From Octopus bimaculoides (taxonomy: Eukaryota), in NCBI RefSeq assembly GCF_001194135.2, contig NC_069001.1, positions 37,305,426 to 37,341,017 of the forward strand: 35,592 nt of DNA. Reading direction: 5' to 3'. The notes under the pieces are model-generated. The model searched no databases. It was not told the origin of the DNA and worked only from the letters and a program-made list of their open reading frames with translations. The position numbers and the translations under genes were made by a program. This document shows positions 1-10,139 of the stretch, in pieces; the first letter of the stretch is position 1, and the number at the start of each line of letters is the position of its first letter.

Positions 1-326
1 GAAATATTCTCTATATTCTATATTTGTTCTCTTTTTATTTCAGAATGTAGATGATGTTGCCATAAAAGAATTATTTGCCTGAGATCCATCAATATTTATC
101 AACTTGTTAGGACAGAAAAACTCTATGGAAAACATTGGCATCAATAAATACAGATTAATAGCCGAATTTTCTGTTTGGAATGTGTAGAAGATGGATTTAT
201 ATTCTAATTAAAATTGGATTGCAAAGGAGTTAGCAGCATCTTCAAATATTAATCAAGATCACAGTTGATGGAAATATAGCAGAACAAAAAGAAAAACATC
301 TATATTGTGGAAAGAGATAAAGATTG

Positions 327-1598
327 ATGGAAAACGAAATGTGTGAAAACAAAGCCCAATATAATACACAGAGGCAAAGAATGAATTTCCCCAATGATAT
401 TAAGAAGGAAAAGAGGAAAATATCATACCAGTGTGATATCTGTAAAAAGTCATTCTCTCATAAAAGTAACTTAACAACTCACAAACGTATTCATACAGGA
501 GAGAAACCGTATTGTTGTGATATCTGTGGTAAATCATTCTCTGTAAGTAGTCACTTAACTACTCACAGACGTATTCATACAGGAGAGAAGCCATATGACT
601 GTGATATCTGTGGTAAATTATTCTCTGATGGTAGTCACTTAGCTACTCACAGACGTATTCATAGAGGAGAGAAACCATATCACTGTGATATTTGTGGTAA
701 ATCATTTTCTGATAGTAGCCACTTCACAAAGCATAAACGTATTCACACAGGAGAGAAACCATATCAGTGTGATATCTGTGGTAAGTCATTTTATGATGGA
801 AGTCACTTAACTAAACACAAACGTATTCATACAGGCGAAAAACCATATCACTGTGATATTTGTGGTAAATCATTCTCTGGAAGTAGTGACTTAACTACTC
901 ACAAACTCATTCATACAAGAGAGAAACCATACAACTGTGATATCTGTAAAATTTCTTTCTCTCAAAAAGGTAACCTAACTACTCACAAACGTGTTCATAC
1001 AGGAGAGAAACCATATCACTGTGATATCTGTGGTAAATCATTCTCTCAGCTTGGTGACTTGAACACTCACAAACATATTCATACAGGAGAGAGGCCATAT
1101 CACTGTGATATTTGTGGTAAATCATTCTCTCAGAATGGTGAGTTAACTGTACACAGACGTATTCATACAGGAGAGAAACCATATGACTGTGATATCTGTG
1201 GCAAATCGTTCTCTATATGCAGTAACTTAAGTAGACATAAACGTATACATACAGGAGAGAAGCCATACCACTGTGATGTCTGTGACAAATCATTCTCTGT
1301 CAATAGTGCATTAGGTAAACACAAACGGATTCATACAGGAGAAAGACCATATCAGTGTAATATTTGTGGTAAATCATTCTCAGGAAGTAGTAACTTGACT
1401 ACTCACAAACTCACTCACACAGGAGAGAAACCCTATCACTGTGACATCTGTGGTAAATCATTCTGTCAAGCTGGTCAGGTCACGTCTCATAAACGTATCC
1501 ATACAGGAGAGAAACCATTCCACTGCGGTGTCTGTGGTAATTCATTTGCCGAAAAAAGTCATCTAAAAAGACATATCAGTGTTCATCATGATGTGTGA
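327..1598 (+). CDS. C2H2 (Kruppel-type) zinc-finger protein, 14 tandem fingers, 423 aa, no KRAB/SCAN/BTB domain seen
   Basis: ATG at 327 (the ORF track starts at the TTG at 324). 14 CxxC-x12-HxxxH units begin at 426 with an 84-nt period and mostly TGEKPY-type linkers; stop TGA at 1596-1598. A splice acceptor (TTTTATTTCAG) ends at 43, so upstream exons lie outside the window. Confidence 0.97.
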   Translation: MENEMCENKAQYNTQRQRMNFPNDIKKEKRKISYQCDICKKSFSHKSNLTTHKRIHTGEKPYCCDICGKSFSVSSHLTTHRRIHTGEKPYDCDICGKLFSDGSHLATHRRIHRGEKPYHCDICGKSFSDSSHFTKHKRIHTGEKPYQCDICGKSFYDGSHLTKHKRIHTGEKPYHCDICGKSFSGSSDLTTHKLIHTREKPYNCDICKISFSQKGNLTTHKRVHTGEKPYHCDICGKSFSQLGDLNTHKHIHTGERPYHCDICGKSFSQNGELTVHRRIHTGEKPYDCDICGKSFSICSNLSRHKRIHTGEKPYHCDVCDKSFSVNSALGKHKRIHTGERPYQCNICGKSFSGSSNLTTHKLTHTGEKPYHCDICGKSFCQAGQVTSHKRIHTGEKPFHCGVCGNSFAEKSHLKRHISVHHDV

Positions 1599-1626
1599 TT
1601 CTGTCTCAAAATTCAGCTTGTAGGGA

Positions 1627-1632
1627 AATAAA
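1627..1632 (+). terminator. Candidate polyadenylation signal of the ZNF gene
   Basis: AATAAA 29 nt after the stop codon. Confidence 0.5.
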
Positions 1633-1699
1633 ATCTAAGAACTGATATAACTGAATGTTTCTTCATCAAATTAATTATTTTTTTCTTTTGCTTGTTAGT

Positions 1700-2012
1700 C
1701 ATCATCATCATCATCATATAACATCTATTTTCCATGTTGGCATCGGTCAGGCAGTTTGTCTGCAAACTAGTAAGTCAAGGAGCTACTCCAAGTTCCAATC
1801 TGATTTGGCAATGTTTCTATGGTGGGATGCCCTTCCTAACACCAACCACTCCAAGAGTGTAGTGGCTGTTTTTTATGTGTTATTGGCACCAGCCATGATT
1901 ATGCTCTTATCTGACAGGTATACACAGAATGGTATATCACCAAAGTTCTTGATCATCTGTCACTGCCTCCATGAGGCCCAACACTCAATTGGTGCTTTTT
2001 ATGTGCTTTTTA
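1700..2012 (-). mobile_element. SINE-like retroposon fragment with (GAT)n tail
   Basis: (CAT)n followed by TCTGATTTGG...GGATGCCCTTCCTAACACCAACCACTCC, shared with the copy at 26717-27106 and (reverse complement) 10688-11018. Confidence 0.7.
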
Positions 2013-2167
2013 TTTAATCAAAGTATGATCTATGTTCACTTATGACATTTACCCCTGCACACAACGATAGATAGATATATTATGTAGTAATGATTCAACA
2101 CGTTCAGATGCACTTGATCAGCTAAGAGAGTAAAGATAATCTTAAAACAAAAACTGCCACAAATCTA

Positions 2168-2426
2168 GTAAATACAGCTACCCAGGGTTTCCTGGTCAAA
2201 ATAATTTATTCCACTGTTTATCATGCTGAAAACAAGACCATTTGTCAATTGCCTTTTGATGTTTAAACAAGAGACCCTTTTGGGTTTATCTAGTCTCTTT
2301 CTTTAGAAATGTTTCTTGTTTAAACATGATCTGCTCAGAAGACAATTGACAAATGGTCTTGTTTTCAGCATGATAAACAGTGGAATAAATTATTTTGACC
2401 AGGAAACCCTGGGTAGCTGTATTTAC
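2168..2426. repeat. Foldback / MITE-like inverted repeat with perfect 84-bp arms
   Basis: 2168-2251 is the exact reverse complement of 2343-2426; an inner pair 2259-2275 / 2311-2327 matches 16/17. Confidence 0.92.
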
Positions 2427-2454
2427 AAGATTTGTGTTTTTTTTATTTCAAGAT

Positions 2455-3042
2455 GTTGAATCATCCCATGAATAATGTGTTTTTTTTTCAGTTGCATGAA
2501 CTAAAAGTCAGAGGGGGATGGGATAAACTACCTGCATCAACTTGCAATAAAAGCAGGTAGTAATTTTACCTTGAGCTTATTCTTAGTGCAAGTTTTGAAG
2601 AGTACAGTTTGATTTTAAGTTATTTTTTCAAAGCTATGATGGAAGTGACAAAGGAGCATATTTGGCATATTTTGCATATTTTGCTTTATGAGTTCAACAC
2701 AAGGTAACAACACAACAGAAAGTGTGAGGAATATTAATGTAGTATATGGGGATCAGGTAATAAGTGTACACAAGTGTCAACGGTGGTTCCAAGCTGGAAA
2801 CTAGAGCCTAGAAGACAATCATCATCCTGGAAGATCTGTAGAGCTTGATGAGGAAGTCCTGCAAATCCTAATGCAACAAAAATTCCCATTGTAACTGTTA
2901 AGGAGCTAGCAGAGAAGCATGGATTTGGTCTTTCAACCATTCATTGACACTTGCGTGCCATCAGAAAAGTCAGCAAATTGGGTCAATGGGATCCTCACAA
3001 ACTTTCCGAGTCTAATTGCAAGCAGAGAGTGAATGTGTGCTC
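2455..3042 (+). mobile_element. Decayed mariner (Tc1/mariner) 5' end and transposase N-terminus
   Basis: From ATG 2636, across frameshifts and stops: MEVTKEHIWHILHILLYEFN..GNNTTESVRNINVVYGDQVISVHKCQRWF..SLEDNHHPGRSVELDEEVL..LRAIRKVSKLGQWDPHKL (HTH region plus WVPHEL-like motif). The 5' boundary is approximate. Confidence 0.88.
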
Positions 3043-3056
3043 AGAGAGAGAGAGAG

Positions 3057-3600
3057 ACCTTCGGTTGCCAACAGAGGTAAAAGCTCTCTGAATTTTTTCC
3101 CATCTTATTCTAGCAATTACACTTTTGGAACATCCTCCTCCACTGCTGATTAGGTCATCTAAGAAACGGAAATTATTTACAACCTGTAGAGAGCTTCCAG
3201 AGCATTTGATTACAATCAGTTACCCATGTCTCCTCTGCATCTTCCACACACAAACACTCCTTTCTCTGTTAACTATTCTCTGATTCCACTGCACTGCTTC
3301 TGGGTCCATAGCTTGCACTGAGTACACTGCATGGAATTTCTGCCTACACCTTTCCTACATGTCAAGCAAGGTCATTTACCTGAAGGTGGTAGAGTCTTGT
3401 CTAGTTTCTTGCTTACTAGAACTTTGTTTTGCTAAATTAACTTTAAGGGTCTTTGATTCCTGGTTTTGCTTCTACACTGGGAATTTCTTTCCCAATTCTG
3501 TTAGAGATTCTGCCATGAGAGTGAAATCATCAGCATATAATAGTTCCTCGGAGTAGCCGGTCTTAAATTCCTCAGTAATGGCCTGGAGGATGATAATGAT
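3057..3600 (-). mobile_element. RTE-clade LINE reverse transcriptase fragment
   Basis: Minus strand reads IIILQAITEEFKTGYSEELLYADDFTLMAESL (YADD at 3526-3537), then CRKGVGRNSMQCTQCKLW and KFRELLPLL; stops and frameshifts present. Confidence 0.88.
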
Positions 3601-3635
3601 GATGCTGAATAATGGGAGGAGACTGAGAATTGAGC

Positions 3636-3773
3636 TCTTTCAGTTTCTTTCTCCCAAATCTACTGATAAGGTTTCGGTTGGCCTAGGGCTATAGAAGACA
3701 CCTGTCCAAAGTGCTTCCAGTGAGATTGAACCTAAAAACCATGATCGGGAAACAAACTTCTTCACTACACAGC
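3636..3773 (-). mobile_element. tRNA-derived SINE 5' fragment (family A)
   Basis: Reverse complement reads GCTGTGTAGTGAAGAAG...GGTTCAATC...GGACAGGTGTCTTCTATAGCC...GAAACTGAAAGA, the same head as the copies at 15881, 34205 and 35431. Confidence 0.65.
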
Positions 3774-4959
3774 TAGGAGATGCTTAGCAACATCTCGTCC
3801 ACCATGGTCGATTTTACCTTTCATCCGATTAATGTTTATATCGGTCATTACGATTATAAAGAAATTTGTGGGGAAAATCTATTCCAGTGGGGTGGGGAGA
3901 AGACTTCGGAAAATTCACAACATCCGAATTTTGCGGGTCAAGATGTAAACATTAACCTTTCATCCTTCTGGGATCGATAAAATAAGTAAAAAGATTATTT
4001 GGATCTTTTTTAAAACTTTTATCAACGTAATCGTAATTTTCACACTCGAAAAGATTTGTTTGAGAAAAAGGACTTTCGACTAAGAATTCCGTATTTTTCA
4101 AGAAGTTATAAGGTAATAAAATCAAGATGAGAGGCGCCTATCTGCAAGTATTCCCCATCTGGGTTGGTTAACCGGTTGCCTGTCCTGTTACAACATCTAA
4201 TATACAGGACACATTTCTCCGGTGTACATGTATCATTTATGAGACACATTCCTCCTTTTTTCTTTTTAATTACCAGAGTAAGTTTGAACTTTGAAAAGGA
4301 AAGCTTTATATTACTCAGAAACGTATGAGACAAGGGCCAACAAAAAGTCTGACAAGCAGTATAGACTTAGGAACAAACTTAGGAAAATGTTTTGGACAGG
4401 CAAAGGGTGAGTTTTGGCTTGTAATATTGGAAGAAAAATCCCCCTTAACTTTAGGGAAAAGTCAGTTGTTTATTTTGTCCAACCACCAGCACCGTGACGA
4501 TGTTGACTATGGCAGAATTTCACCTCGAGATGTACTGAACAGGAAGAAAGACTGAGGGAAAAGAATGCTCCAAAATTAAAAATAAAATAAAATGCTATGA
4601 ACATAATTCGTAATCTGTAGTCCCGAAAATGTATCTCTGACAAATTTCATTAGAAATACGCATCTCTCAGAGAATTATGAAGAAACAAAAAACGGAGTAG
4701 CATGGCCCAATCTATGGTAAAAACCAGCCGAGGTAGGTTTATAAAATTGGGTGAATTTAGGCTTCTGATGTTGGCACAAAACCTGAAATTTTATGGGGAA
4801 GGAGTTAGTCGTTCATTCTACTTTATTGACCTACTAACACCAAGAAAGACGACGTTGATTACAACTGGATTAGAATTCAAAATCTACAGAGACAAGACGA
4901 GTAATGGAAAGAAGAATGTCCTCGAACAAAAGCCTACCCCTAACAACGAAAAGCGGATG

Positions 4960-5130
4960 TTTATTGTACAGCTTCCGGTGTGTATAAAATATGGCGTCCT
5001 TGACAACACGAAAGTGGTAGTAGTGAGAGAAGTCGCTACAGAAGAAGAGACAAAAATAAAGTGACATAGACACACTAGTGTGTGTGTGGGTGTGTATATA
5101 CATATAGAGGAGTGTGTAGGGGTGTTGAGG
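4960..5130 (+). promoter_or_regulatory. Probable UBXN11 core promoter / 5' UTR
   Basis: Locally CpG-richer. ETS-type CTTCCGGT at 4972-4979, TATAAAA at 4983-4989 and YY1-like ATGGCG at 4991-4996, about 140 nt upstream of the start codon. Confidence 0.45.
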
Positions 5131-5192
5131 ATGAGTTCACCATTGTCTAGTTTGAAACGATACAGCAAGTTACCTTTACCTGGACACATGAG
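5131..5192 (+). CDS. UBXN11: UBXN11 coding exon 1 (MSSPLSSLKRYSKLPLPGHM)
   Basis: ATG at 5131; donor AG|GTAAAA, phase 2. Confidence 0.9.
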
Positions 5193-5676
5193 GTAAAATA
5201 ACAACAAATCCGACAAATTATATTTGCAAACACACACACACACGCATATATATATATATATATATATATAACGTACATGCATGTGTGTGTGTATACATAT
5301 GTATGTATGTGTGTGTGTGTGTGTGTATGTATATATATATATATATAAACATATATATATATGTGTGTGTGTGTATAGGTATGCGTGTGTGTATATGTAT
5401 TTAATCGTGCACACATACACATATTTCATCTTAAATTTGTTTCAGTCAATGAATTTGCGATCATGATGGGGAAACGCCTTGAAAGGTTTTATTTAGATAA
5501 ACAAATTGATCTTTGTAATTATTTTGTTAAAGTCCGGTATTTATTTATCAGCCTCTATGCTGTACCAATAAGTTATGGGAACGTAAACAAACCAAAAACC
5601 CATCGCCAAACAGTTGAAGCACGTTTACAGATACAGGCACAAAGACACACATCCATATATATATATGTGATAGACT

Positions 5677-5832
5677 TTTACTCAGTTTCAGTTTACCATT
5701 TTCACTGACAAGGCTTTGGTTGATCTGGGGCTATTGTAAAAGAGACTTGCCCAAGATGCTACTCACTAGAACTGAACCCAAGATAGCATGGTTACAAAGC
5801 AAGCTTCTTAACCTCACAGCTATGCTGGTGCC
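5677..5832 (-). mobile_element. tRNA-derived SINE 5' fragment (family A)
   Basis: Reverse complement of the family A head (B-box-like GGTTCAG, CTTGGGCAAGTCTC, GAAACTG). Confidence 0.6.
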
Positions 5833-6006
5833 TTAATATATATAACCTCTTTTAACATTTGACACCTTGTCAAGGTCTGATGTGTCCAATAGCTTCAAGC
5901 TCTAGTGTCTAATTTGGCTGAATTTCTAAAGTTGGATGCCCTTTCTCACACCAGCTGCCCTTCATATAAGTGTGTGTGTGTATATACATGTATATATGTT
6001 GTATGT

Positions 6007-6140
6007 ATAGCTTAGAAAGAAATGAAGGACCACTGCAGTAAGTGAATCTGAGAGGGGAATATGTTGAATAAAATCATAATCAACAGATCCTCCTCTGTTT
6101 TCTTTTATCTAAAGTCAGGAACTTTTCAGCAACCCCTCAT
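6007..6140. mobile_element. Truncated mariner-type MITE (one TIR)
   Basis: Same internal sequence and TIR (AAAGTCAGGAACTTTTCAGCAACCCCTC) as the complete copy at 13544-13754. Confidence 0.75.
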
Positions 6141-6296
6141 GTGTATGTGTGTGTGTGTATAAAATATACACAAACACATGCACTCATATATTTCATCATC
6201 ATCATTTTCACCATTTTGATGGTGATATGTATGGCTAGTTATTGATAAAGTTACTCGTCTATATTTTGTTTGTTTATGTATGTTTTCCTTATTTTC

Positions 6297-6643
6297 TTTA
6301 TTGCATCTGTCTTAGCGAAGGAAGAGGTATTGTTTCAGTTATGTTTGTTTGTCCATGGACAAGATATCTCAAGAACCGCCGGATGGATTCAGATGAAACT
6401 TTCAGGGATGTTTGGCCTCATGACTGGTACGAACTGATAAGATTTTGGGAACAATCAGTACCGGACAAGGATTCTGGACTATATTTTTTTTACTTAACTT
6501 TTGAGAGCAGTTGGGTTCATTTTTAGTAGTTTCATTTGTGAGAATTTCATATATTCTCATTCTAATGATCATCTCTGGCTAATCGTTAAGAGGACGTTGG
6601 TGTTGCCTTGGCGGAGGTTTGCACTCTTTGAGTGCTCTTGTTT
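6297..6643 (+). mobile_element. Non-autonomous DINE-1/HINE-like (Helentron-associated or Crypton-derived) element
   Basis: GTTT microsatellite near the 5' end, 3' subterminal CCTTGGCGGAGGT (6606-6618), terminal hairpin GCACTC-TTT-GAGTGC (6621-6635), T-rich end. The 5' subterminal repeat is degenerate. Confidence 0.6.
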
Positions 6644-6680
6644 ATATATTTATTTACTTATTTATATATTTTATTTTCAG

Positions 6681-6718
6681 GAAGGTCAACCTGCCCATAG
6701 TTCCTGATGAAGAAAAAG
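6681..6718 (+). CDS. UBXN11: UBXN11 coding exon 2 (R-KVNLPIVPDEEK)
   Basis: TTATTTTCAG acceptor, G|GTAAGA donor, phase 2 to 1. Confidence 0.85.
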
Positions 6719-6769
6719 GTAAGACACGAACAGCATATCGTCTTCCAGCTATCAAATAATGTTGCAGAT

Positions 6770-7280
6770 AATCATTATTGTCGTCATTGTCACCGTCACC
6801 ATCACCATCATCATCATCAACACCATTATCACCATCTCCATTATTGTCATCATTAACGTCATCATCACTATCGTCATCATCATTACTATTGTTCTCATCA
6901 TTATCCTTCAAGTACACCTTGCACTCCCATCAGATACTATGCCACACAGACCCTTCCTCCTCCCATATCATGTTCTGTCCATGTTGTTCCAATGCCTCAG
7001 TTAATCAACCATATCAATGTCTTTGTAACTCCAGCATTGTAATGTAAGGAGAGTAGGAATAGTAGTAGTAGTGGAGGTGGTGGTGGCATTGACAATAGTA
7101 GTGATAGTAGTAGTAGTAGCAGCAGTAGAGGGTTGGTGGTGGTGATTGTTTAGCTCAAAGGCAACCCTAACAACTAAACCTGTGATAAAAGACATTCTAA
7201 CCATGACCATCCCATCATTTATTCAGATATAATGACAGTGTTTGTGAAGGTGGTGGTGGTGGTGGTGGTGGCAGTGGTTG
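6770..7280. repeat. Cryptic trinucleotide tracts (CAT/CAC, TAG/TGG)
   Basis: Low-complexity runs that generate the poly-I/S/D/T shadow ORFs. Confidence 0.8.
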
Positions 7281-7479
7281 ATGTAGTGTGATATTGGTCT
7301 AGTTTAGAAACCTTATCCCACACTGTAAGATAATATCTATTCTCTAATGTCACCCTCTCTCTTGTGCTAATTAATTAGTTTCATTAAGCCAAACGTCCTA
7401 ATGTTACCTGCCCACACTCAGAGGAGGCTGGCAATGACCATGATCGGCTGGTGCTTTTTACCATATATATATATATATA

Positions 7480-7941
7480 NNNNNNNNNNNNNNNNNNNNN
7501 NNNNNNNNNNNNNNNNNNNNNNNNNNNNNNNNNNNNNNNNNNNNNNNNNNNNNNNNNNNNNNNNNNNNNNNNNNNNNNNNNNNNNNNNNNNNNNNNNNNN
7601 NNNNNNNNNNNNNNNNNNNNNNNNNNNNNNNNNNNNNNNNNNNNNNNNNNNNNNNNNNNNNNNNNNNNNNNNNNNNNNNNNNNNNNNNNNNNNNNNNNNN
7701 NNNNNNNNNNNNNNNNNNNNNNNNNNNNNNNNNNNNNNNNNNNNNNNNNNNNNNNNNNNNNNNNNNNNNNNNNNNNNNNNNNNNNNNNNNNNNNNNNNNN
7801 NNNNNNNNNNNNNNNNNNNNNNNNNNNNNNNNNNNNNNNNNNNNNNNNNNNNNNNNNNNNNNNNNNNNNNNNNNNNNNNNNNNNNNNNNNNNNNNNNNNN
7901 NNNNNNNNNNNNNNNNNNNNNNNNNNNNNNNNNNNNNNNNN
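7480..7941. other. Assembly gap (N); others at 19913-20351, 25358-25633, 26196-26628, 27484-27602, 32868-33120, 34168-34191
   Basis: Runs of N, mostly abutting (TA)n or (CA)n. Confidence 0.99.
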
Positions 7942-8038
7942 GCAGGGCAGGGAATCGTCAATTAGTAATAAAATTAATAATTAACAATTTTGCCGGGTAG
8001 CTCAGTATGAAAAAACCTTTTCGGTAAAAAACATTTAT

Positions 8039-8470
8039 AATCATAAATATATAGGGATTGACAGTAACCTGCTTCTCCAACATACTGAGAATTCAGAAAT
8101 AGCAGTCAAAGAACTACTGATTTCAAAACTACAAATTATTACTCCAGATTGATAGCGATATTTTTGATACACACAGAACAAAAAACAGTAGAGAAGAGTA
8201 AAAAAACCACCTGCCTTTAGTTAATTTAGTACGATCGTTTCACAGTTAAGAGTAAAGAATACTCTATTCTGATCTTCAGCTAAATATTCTAATAAATCTG
8301 TTAATGTCTAAATAACTCACGTTAATTAACTGATTAATTAATTGATTAACTCACGTTAATCAATCTGGAGTAATAATTTGTAGTTTTGAAATCAGTAGTT
8401 CTTTGACTGCTATTTCTGAATTCTCAGTATGTTGGAGAAGCAGGTTACTGTCAATCCCTATATATTTATG

Positions 8471-8473
<3 letters not shown>
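8039..8473. mobile_element. MITE / foldback element with perfect 115-bp inverted arms
   Basis: 8039-8153 is the exact reverse complement of 8359-8473; 205-bp spacer. Confidence 0.9.
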
Positions 8474-8508
<35 letters not shown>

Positions 8509-8538
8509 TGTCATTGTGTTTTTTTGCTTTGTTTTCAG

Positions 8539-8664
8539 AGACCAACAACTTGATCGATGAGGTTACTGCAAATATGTTAAAGTCTCTGTTAGACAAGGAG
8601 TCCCGTCGTTCCTTACCCAATGTGACCATGCCATCCACCTCTACTGGCAGGTCTTTCTGTTCAG
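8539..8664 (+). CDS. UBXN11: UBXN11 coding exon 3 (E-TNNLIDEV...GRSFCS)
   Basis: GTTTTCAG acceptor. Donor TCAG|GTATTC was chosen because it gives the phase 1 that exon 4 needs; the 3' boundary is less certain. Confidence 0.8.
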
Positions 8665-8726
8665 GTATTCACTCAGATCTACAATGGTTCTGCTTTTGTT
8701 TGCATTATTCCTATGTTGTTGTTGTT

Positions 8727-9286
8727 CCAGCTGTGACCATCCCACCTTATATTGAGACACTATCTATGTAAGACTACGTCATCTAATGTGTCATTCACTG
8801 TTTTTGTTTAACCACAGGTCAGTCCTGATCCAGCAGACTGCTGATCAGCCAATTTCCAGCTATGACCATTCTATCTTTTATTGAGGCATAGTGTATCTAG
8901 GACTCTATTATCTAAGTGTCCTTCCATGTTGTTGTTGATGTTTAACCTTAGGTCAATCCTGACCATATGGACCAATGATGAATGATATTTCAAGTGTGAC
9001 CATCCTGTCTTTTATTAATCAGGTATGGTGTATCTAGGACTACATTGTTTAATGTCCTTCCTTGTTGTTTAGGCCCAGGTCAGCCCTGACCCCAATAATG
9101 TAGTTCTAGATACACCATGTCTGAATAAAAGACAGGATGGTCTTTGATCATAGCCCTGGCCTATGGACCTACGTTCAAAGACGTTTCAAGTGTGACCATC
9201 CTGTCTTTTATTAATCAGGCATGGTGCATCTAGGACTACATCATCTAATGTTCTTCCTTGTTGTTAGCCCCACATCAGCCTTGACT
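8727..9286. repeat. Cluster of four direct and one inverted copy of a retroposon-tail-like unit filling intron 3
   Basis: (TG)TGACCATCC...TATCTAGGACTAC...GGTCAGCCCTGAC motif at about 8727, 8856, 8991 and 9187; inverted copy at 9097-9142. Confidence 0.75.
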
Positions 9287-9331
9287 CTCATATACTCTCT
9301 TACTCTCTCTCTCTCTCCTGTGGATACTCAG

Positions 9332-9417
9332 ACAAGGAGCTGTTGTCTCTTATGGCAAGTCGTTTATCAACCGCAGAAGCGAGGCTGAAGTTACAGAAAG
9401 AAGAACTTGTGTCAAAG
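9332..9417 (+). CDS. UBXN11: UBXN11 coding exon 4 (D-KELLSLMASRLSTAEARLKLQKEELVSK, coiled coil)
   Basis: ACTCAG acceptor, AAG|GTACGT donor, phase 1 to 0. Confidence 0.92.
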
Positions 9418-9816
9418 GTACGTAAATTTGCATTGGTGGTGGTCATGGTGTTGATGGGGATGGTCAGAGTATTAGTAGAGTGTGTCAGTGATGATGATAG
9501 TGGTAGTGGTGAGAGTATTGGTGGAATGTCAACAACAGTGGGAGTGGTGATGGTGATGCTGAGGGTTGTTTATCTCAGTGATGATACTGGCTGTGGTGGT
9601 GGTGGTGGTGGTGGTGGTGTCCCTCTTTGTGTGGTAGGAGTCAACTGGTGCCACAAAGCTAACTTCTAAACCAAACAGCCATGCCAAGAGCTTCAGCAGA
9701 TTTTTCATGGAATATTCTTCAAAAATGATAAATTTTGTCCATAATTAATTTTCTTTTTGGTTTGTTTCTTTTTATTGTTTAATTAATTCTTTTGTTATTC
9801 TTTGATTTCAACTCAG

Positions 9817-9871
9817 GAGAAAAGAATTCTGTATTTGGAGCGGAAGGTTCACCAATTGGAGAAACAATGCA
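9817..9871 (+). CDS. UBXN11: UBXN11 coding exon 5 (EKRILYLERKVHQLEKQC)
   Basis: AACTCAG acceptor, A|GTAAGT donor, phase 0 to 1. Confidence 0.92.
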
Positions 9872-10139
9872 GTAAGTTGTGGTTGTTGTTGTAGTAGATG
9901 TGGTTGTTGTAGCAGTTGCAATTTGTGTTGTAGTTGTTGCAGTTGTTTGCCTGTCTTGTTGTTACGCACACTGTTCTCATAGTTTTGTATGGCATTTGTG
10001 TTGTTGTTGTTGTTGTTCGGGTTGTCTTTGTTGCTGTTGCAGATCTAAGTAAATTTTATTTAAAAAAAGAAAAAACCCTGCCATGATCTGTGTGTTTACT
10101 TTAAAACATCAGAGCTTCAACAGCTGAAACACTCGGAAG

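Noticed and set aside
979-1182. Minus-strand 67-aa repetitive ORF
   Set aside because: Antisense shadow of the zinc-finger repeats
4702-5064. 120-aa ORF as a standalone gene
   Set aside because: No recognisable domain, overlaps the probable UBXN11 promoter, and its length is compatible with chance
4870-5708. ORFs rich in YI/CV/HT dipeptides (also at about 19.2-20.5, 22.3-24.3, 26-27.7, 30.8-31.7 kb)
   Set aside because: Translations of (TA)n, (TG)n and (CA)n microsatellites
6654-7210. Poly-D/I/S/T ORFs, and similar H/P-rich ORFs at 15456-15721
   Set aside because: Cryptic trinucleotide repeats in introns; no splice-consistent link to UBXN11
7401-8000. Long ORFs containing X runs (all seven gaps)
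   Set aside because: Artefacts of reading through N gaps
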